From assembly GCA_035445085.1 (NCBI GenBank), contig DAOMQA010000004.1, positions 86,788 through 150,787 on the forward strand: DNA of 64,000 nucleotides, read 5' to 3'. Under the pieces are notes generated by a model. The model ran no database searches and was not told where the DNA came from. It saw only the letters and a list, made by a program, of their open reading frames with translations. The stretch comes from Candidatus Kapaibacterium sp. (GTDB lineage: Bacteria; Bacteroidota; Ignavibacteria; Kapaibacteriales; UBA2268). Shown here piece after piece: positions 59,720-64,000 of the stretch; position 1 is the stretch's first letter; each line of letters opens with the position of its first letter. The position numbers were made by a program, and so were the translations under genes.

Positions 59720-59796
59720 AGAAATTTAAATTATTAATAACTTTAAACCTATTAAGACGTCAAATGCAATAAAGTAAATATAAATTTTATAGCGAA

Positions 59797-61608
59797 ATGA
59801 AAAAAATCATTATTATCAGTATCTTATACTTATTATTTAATGTAATTGAAAATGTGCAAGCTCAATCCGTCAATCAACAAAAATATCAATTAGGATTGTC
59901 TTATGAAAAGAATGGCATGAATGAGGAGGCAGAAAGAATATTTGATGAGTTAATCAAAGCCGAGCCTAATAATAAAAATTTCTTTGATGCCTATGTTGTG
60001 ATTATGAAAAGACAAAATAAATTTTCTCAATTGGAAGTTATAGCTGAAAATTATTATAATAAGAATAAAAATGCAGAAACTGCAAATTTAATGGCAGAAT
60101 TATATTGGAGGTCTGGCAAGTTAGATAAAGCTAATGATTTATGGGACGAGTCTATAAATTATGATAAATCTTCTAAAGATTTATATACTCTAATATCTAA
60201 CACACAAATTGACTTGCGCTTGTTTGATAAAGCAATTTCTACTTTATTACTGGGTAGAGAAAACTTAGATGATTCGTTTATATTTTCGGACCAACTAATT
60301 AAATTATATATTTCTACTAATAATTATAAAAGTGGCTTTAAAGAAATATTAAATTCTTTAAATAATAATATGGACTTGGCTACAGCGCAAGGTAGAATTT
60401 ATGCTTTGATGAGCAATCAAGAGTCTATTGATTTTTTAAATAATGGGCTTAAGGATTTGGCAAATCAAAACAAGCAAGCCTTAGCATATCAGGAGCTTTA
60501 TGCTTGGTTTTTAAGAACAACTGAACGTTTAGATGAAGCATTGGATATTTATGTAAGATTAGATGAATTAAAAAAGACAAATGGCTATGAAATAATGAAT
60601 TTTGCTACAATGAGCACTAAAGATGGTAATTATGATATTGCCCTCAAGGCTTATGACTTATTAATGGCAAAGGGTAGAAACAATCCTTATTATTCGTCTG
60701 CCGTTTATGGATATACAAAAGTATTAGACGATAAGATTGCTAATAATGAAGAGAATATAGACGCAAAATTATATAGCGAAATTATTGATAGGTATAATAA
60801 AATTATTACAGAATACCCAAAGACTGGACAAGCAGCAGATTCAAGACTAAGAATTGCAATGATTTATGGAGACAAGTTAAACGATATTGATAATGCTATT
60901 AAGGAATTGTACTCATTAAGAGAGGAATTTCCAAATACAATTCAGTTTGTGAATGGTTCACTTAGATTAGGGAAATATTTGTTAATGGAAGGTAAGCCCG
61001 ATAAAGCTATAACTATATTCAAGGAGGTTTTGAATAATAAAAGAATAGTTAGCCCTAACCAAACTGATGAAGCAGAATATAACCTTGCTTTATGTGAATA
61101 TTATACTGGAAGTATCGAAGAAGCTAAAAAGAATTTTAAAGTCATTTCTAAAGATACAGAATCTAATTCTTCAAACGATGCACTTACTATACTAACCTTT
61201 TTAGAAGAGAATAAAACATTTGTAGAGCCTTTAAACACCTATATAGCAGCAGAATATAAAAAATATCAAAGAAAATACAACGATGCTTTCGATTTATATT
61301 TAGAAACAGAAAGTAAAGCCGAAAATTCAAGTCTTGGCGAGCTCGCTCTATTTAATGCTGCAATGATTAAATTTGAGAATAAAGACTATTCTAAGTTTAG
61401 AGATATTATCAATAACCTATTAACAAAATACCCTAACTCCTTACGAGGTGATGAAATTATCTATTATTTAGCTGGATCTTTTTATAATGAGAAAAATGAA
61501 GCAGAGGCGCTTAAAAATTATACAGAGTTATTAACAAAATACCCTAACTCTATATATTTGAATGATGCACGTAAAAAAATAAGAATTTTACGTAAAGAAA
61601 AACTCTAA
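59797..61608 (+). CDS. Tetratricopeptide-repeat protein with signal peptide
   Basis: 603 aa. Signal peptide, then TPR consensus throughout. Confidence 0.68.
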   Translation: MKKIIIISILYLLFNVIENVQAQSVNQQKYQLGLSYEKNGMNEEAERIFDELIKAEPNNKNFFDAYVVIMKRQNKFSQLEVIAENYYNKNKNAETANLMAELYWRSGKLDKANDLWDESINYDKSSKDLYTLISNTQIDLRLFDKAISTLLLGRENLDDSFIFSDQLIKLYISTNNYKSGFKEILNSLNNNMDLATAQGRIYALMSNQESIDFLNNGLKDLANQNKQALAYQELYAWFLRTTERLDEALDIYVRLDELKKTNGYEIMNFATMSTKDGNYDIALKAYDLLMAKGRNNPYYSSAVYGYTKVLDDKIANNEENIDAKLYSEIIDRYNKIITEYPKTGQAADSRLRIAMIYGDKLNDIDNAIKELYSLREEFPNTIQFVNGSLRLGKYLLMEGKPDKAITIFKEVLNNKRIVSPNQTDEAEYNLALCEYYTGSIEEAKKNFKVISKDTESNSSNDALTILTFLEENKTFVEPLNTYIAAEYKKYQRKYNDAFDLYLETESKAENSSLGELALFNAAMIKFENKDYSKFRDIINNLLTKYPNSLRGDEIIYYLAGSFYNEKNEAEALKNYTELLTKYPNSIYLNDARKKIRILRKEKL

Positions 61609-61958
61609 TTATCCCAAGGTAAATTTACAGTTATTGGGATTGATTTACTCGCTTTTGGATTCAACTTAGGTTTTAATCTATTGACTAAGTATGTTTCTAT
61701 ACCAGACTGAGTAAGCACCCCTACTTTTGCCCAAGTAACAAAACAGCCGTGCGATTGAAATGCTGCAATTGCTGGATCTTTAGCTAATTTATTTAATTCA
61801 GATTTTATATTTCCTTTTCCTACATAAATAATATCATCTGTGCCATTACCACCAAAAATAACAAATACTCCATTAACATCTAATAATGAATGGCTTAAAT
61901 CAAGTTTATAAAGCTCACACCATATTTCTCCTTTACATTTTAGCCAATCTACTGTCAT
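61605..61958 (-). CDS. Small GIY-YIG-like domain protein (hypothetical)
   Basis: GVFVIFGGNGTDDIIYVGKGNIKSEL resembles the UvrC/Slx1-type GIY-(10)-YIG core. 117 aa. It lies 3 nt downstream of rsmE. Confidence 0.35.
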   Translation of the reverse strand: MTVDWLKCKGEIWCELYKLDLSHSLLDVNGVFVIFGGNGTDDIIYVGKGNIKSELNKLAKDPAIAAFQSHGCFVTWAKVGVLTQSGIETYLVNRLKPKLNPKASKSIPITVNLPWDN

Positions 61959-61961
61959 AAT

Positions 61962-62672
61962 TTATCCTTTATTACTTAATATACTATTAAACATTGAAAT
62001 TGAAGAAATCGCAGCCGTTTCCGCCCTTAACCTACTATCTCCTATTTTAAATATTGTCGTCGTTTCGTTATTCGAAAAGACTCTTAATTCTTCTTCGCTT
62101 AACCCACCTTCAGGTCCAATAATTATGAGTGAATTTCTCTCTACTTCCGAACCCGAAAGATTATTTCCACTAATATCCGCTACAAATATTTGTGAAAAGT
62201 AATATTTTTTTTCGATTATTTCAAATATATTATTTAAAAAAAATAGATTTGTTAGTCTGCTACGCATAGACTGTTGAAAGGCAGCTAAAATTTTTGACTC
62301 TAATCGCTCTCTCTTATATTCTTTTTTGCCAGAATATTTAGATTTCGCCACATAAATATTACTAACTCCTAATTCTACAGCTTTCTCTACCGCAAATTCC
62401 ATCCTATCCTTATTATCTAAAGAAGCTAACAAAATTGACAAATTATAATTATTTTCATTTTTGTTTGCTTCTACATATTTATGTACCTTAAACATCGTTG
62501 TTTGCTTATCGCTATAAAAATTACCTATGGCAGCAATACCTTTACCATTAGAAACAAAAACTTCTTCATTTTGCTTAAGCCTAAGCGCTCTAATATGATT
62601 AATTATATTAGAATTTTTAATAATAAGCTCGCCAATATCTAAGTCAAAATCTACTAAATATATACTTTCCAC
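61962..62672 (-). CDS. rsmE: 16S rRNA (uracil1498-N3)-methyltransferase RsmE
   Basis: N-terminal PUA-like region (HIRALRLKQNEEV) and a C-terminal SPOUT knot with IIIGPEGGLSEEE. Confidence 0.7.
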   Translation of the reverse strand: MESIYLVDFDLDIGELIIKNSNIINHIRALRLKQNEEVFVSNGKGIAAIGNFYSDKQTTMFKVHKYVEANKNENNYNLSILLASLDNKDRMEFAVEKAVELGVSNIYVAKSKYSGKKEYKRERLESKILAAFQQSMRSRLTNLFFLNNIFEIIEKKYYFSQIFVADISGNNLSGSEVERNSLIIIGPEGGLSEEELRVFSNNETTTIFKIGDSRLRAETAAISSISMFNSILSNKG

Positions 62673-62742
62673 TAATTAATACCTTTTTTCATTACTAAAA
62701 TAATCGTATTTTTGGTTTTATTGATTAAAAATCAGTTTCAAA

Positions 62743-64000
62743 ATGAAGAATATTAAAGAAACTTTATATAATAAGATAGTACAAGAGCGACTTAGCTCAA
62801 ATATCAACTTTGGTAATAGCAATAACAATAGTAATATAAAATATATTATTATTAGTATAACTTTCATTATTATTTCTTTTTTCTTTGTATTTCATATTGA
62901 GAACAAAGATATTAGTAAAAATGAACATAGGTTGCAAGTTGGAATGATTTGGGAAGACCCACCTTTAATAGCTGACTTTGCATTTCCAATTTATAAAAAT
63001 TATGAAGAATATATATCGCAACGTAATTTAGAGTCAGAAAAAGCACTACCCGTATTTATTTTAGATAATTCTGTTAAAGTTAATGCCATAAAATATGTTA
63101 ATAATACTTTAAATATTATTAGAGATACGCCAGATATTATCAGCGACGCTGGTTTATCAAAAAAGGATATTATATTTTTTGATTTAATGGCTAAAAGCCA
63201 AAAAGACTTAAGTATTACTAGTTTAAGAGCGTTTCTATTAAATTATATTGATAATATTTATAACAGAGGTTATGTAAATGTAGCATCTGACAAATTAAAC
63301 AATAATGAAATTATAGTTCAAATTGGAGCTAACCGTAGGTATTTGCTACAAACCGAATATTTAATAGATAAGACAATTTTTATCGAGCAAGCTCAAGATA
63401 AGTCAAAAAGTATTTTAAATCCTAATGTGCAAAGCTTAGCTTTACTCATCTTAAATAAGTTAAATACTCCAAATTTAGTATTTAGCAAAGATTTGACTGA
63501 TAAAAATATGATTCAAGCTATGGAATCTGTTCCAAGGACCTTGGGTATAGTACGAGCAGGTGAAATTATTGTCAATAATGGCGATAAACTAAGCACCGCA
63601 ACAATACAAAGGATAACATCTTACCAAAGTTCTAAACAATTAATCAGTGATACAAGATATGGATTGTTCTATTATTTAAGTAACATTGGACAATCAGCAA
63701 TGATATTAATGATATTGGTTGTATACTTGTTAATACTTAGAAAGCGAATTGTCAATGACCCTGTGCAATTAATAATAATTATGTTACAATTAATAATAAT
63801 TGCAATAATCTCATGGTTTACGGGTAATTATATAACATCTTACCCAACAGAGTTTTTTATTGTAATACCATCTTTTGCAATGCTAAGTACAATTGTTTTT
63901 GATTCAAGAACAGCTTTTGTTCTAACCCTATCTATGGGGCTTATTGCAGCAGGGATAAGGAATAATGATTATATTTTAAGCCTTATTATGTTATTTTCTG
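62743..64000 (+). CDS. 7TM receptor with intracellular HD hydrolase (7TMR-HDED/PgpH-like), N-terminal part; continues beyond the window end
   Basis: Own translation from the ATG at 62743 gives MKNIKETLYNKIVQERLSS...(one TM)...a large extracellular domain...then a run of TM helices (IGQSAMILMILVVYLLIL..., LIIIMLQLIIIAIISWF..., FFIVIPSFAMLSTIVF...). This is the 7TMR-HD extracellular-plus-7TM arrangement. The frame stays open to the window end. It is absent from the ORF track because no stop lies in the window. Confidence 0.55.
   Translation, partial: MKNIKETLYNKIVQERLSSNINFGNSNNNSNIKYIIISITFIIISFFFVFHIENKDISKNEHRLQVGMIWEDPPLIADFAFPIYKNYEEYISQRNLESEKALPVFILDNSVKVNAIKYVNNTLNIIRDTPDIISDAGLSKKDIIFFDLMAKSQKDLSITSLRAFLLNYIDNIYNRGYVNVASDKLNNNEIIVQIGANRRYLLQTEYLIDKTIFIEQAQDKSKSILNPNVQSLALLILNKLNTPNLVFSKDLTDKNMIQAMESVPRTLGIVRAGEIIVNNGDKLSTATIQRITSYQSSKQLISDTRYGLFYYLSNIGQSAMILMILVVYLLILRKRIVNDPVQLIIIMLQLIIIAIISWFTGNYITSYPTEFFIVIPSFAMLSTIVFDSRTAFVLTLSMGLIAAGIRNNDYILSLIMLFS

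Noticed and set aside
1-64000. I looked for CRISPR arrays, direct-repeat clusters, transposases, integrases, phage genes and toxin-antitoxin pairs
   Set aside because: I recognised no regularly spaced repeats and no IS, integrase or phage hallmark proteins. Composition is uniform across the window. No mobile element or defence island is supportable from this sequence.

Overview
This is a 64-kb, visibly AT-rich chromosomal segment from a bacterium of the FCB group (Bacteroidota/Ignavibacteriota-like). The phylum call rests on these signals: a C-terminal T9SS sorting domain on a secreted protein, a tonB-exbB-exbD-exbD cluster followed by a PstS-like lipoprotein and a TPR protein, and a TTTG-N20-TAnnTTTG promoter upstream of tRNA-Phe. 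Several genes nevertheless carry clear Shine-Dalgarno motifs (GGAGG before the AddB-like gene, AGGAGT before the T9SS cargo and HU genes).

The window is dense, intact housekeeping sequence of about 55 genes in five functional groups:
- Replication and repair: mutL, recG, ftsK, recN, and an AddB/Cas4-type Fe-S nuclease.
- Translation, proteolysis and chromatin: cysS, prmC, rsmE, clpC, pepT, HU.
- Metabolism: purD, pyrB, tpiA, hemW, an SDR-type L-threonine dehydrogenase, gmd-fcl for GDP-fucose.
- Envelope and lipid: a kdsA-lptC-tpiA-pgsA-pgpA operon, two GT9, one GT2 and one GT4 glycosyltransferases, an O-antigen-ligase-like protein, an OstA-like protein.
- Transport: an OPT transporter cut at the left edge, an EamA transporter, a TonB-linked outer-membrane barrel, a long PiT phosphate transporter, a complete TonB/ExbBD energising locus.

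One tRNA-Phe (GAA) sits between the outer-membrane receptor gene and mutL. I found no CRISPR array, transposase, integrase, phage genes or recognisable defence island, and no compositional island.

I could not identify a clear-cut novel multi-gene system. The eight observations most worth a second look:
- A stand-alone AddB-like Fe-S nuclease is translationally coupled to recG, with no AddA partner in the window.
- An A14 homopolymer lies in the promoter of the T9SS Ig-repeat cargo gene.
- A SpoT-like HD mini-protein with a degenerate HDxxED motif is encoded downstream of recN.
- The PiT transporter has a roughly 230-aa cytoplasmic C-terminal extension.
- Two anti-sigma-antagonist (STAS) domain proteins have no cognate partner; one heads the TonB operon.
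- An orphan GIY-YIG-like mini-protein is coupled to rsmE.
- An SRPBCC protein is coupled by start/stop overlap to an OstA-like protein.
- A perfect 8-bp inverted repeat lies in front of comB.

Two genes are absent from the supplied ORF track only because they run off the window ends (OPT at the left, a 7TM-HD receptor at the right).
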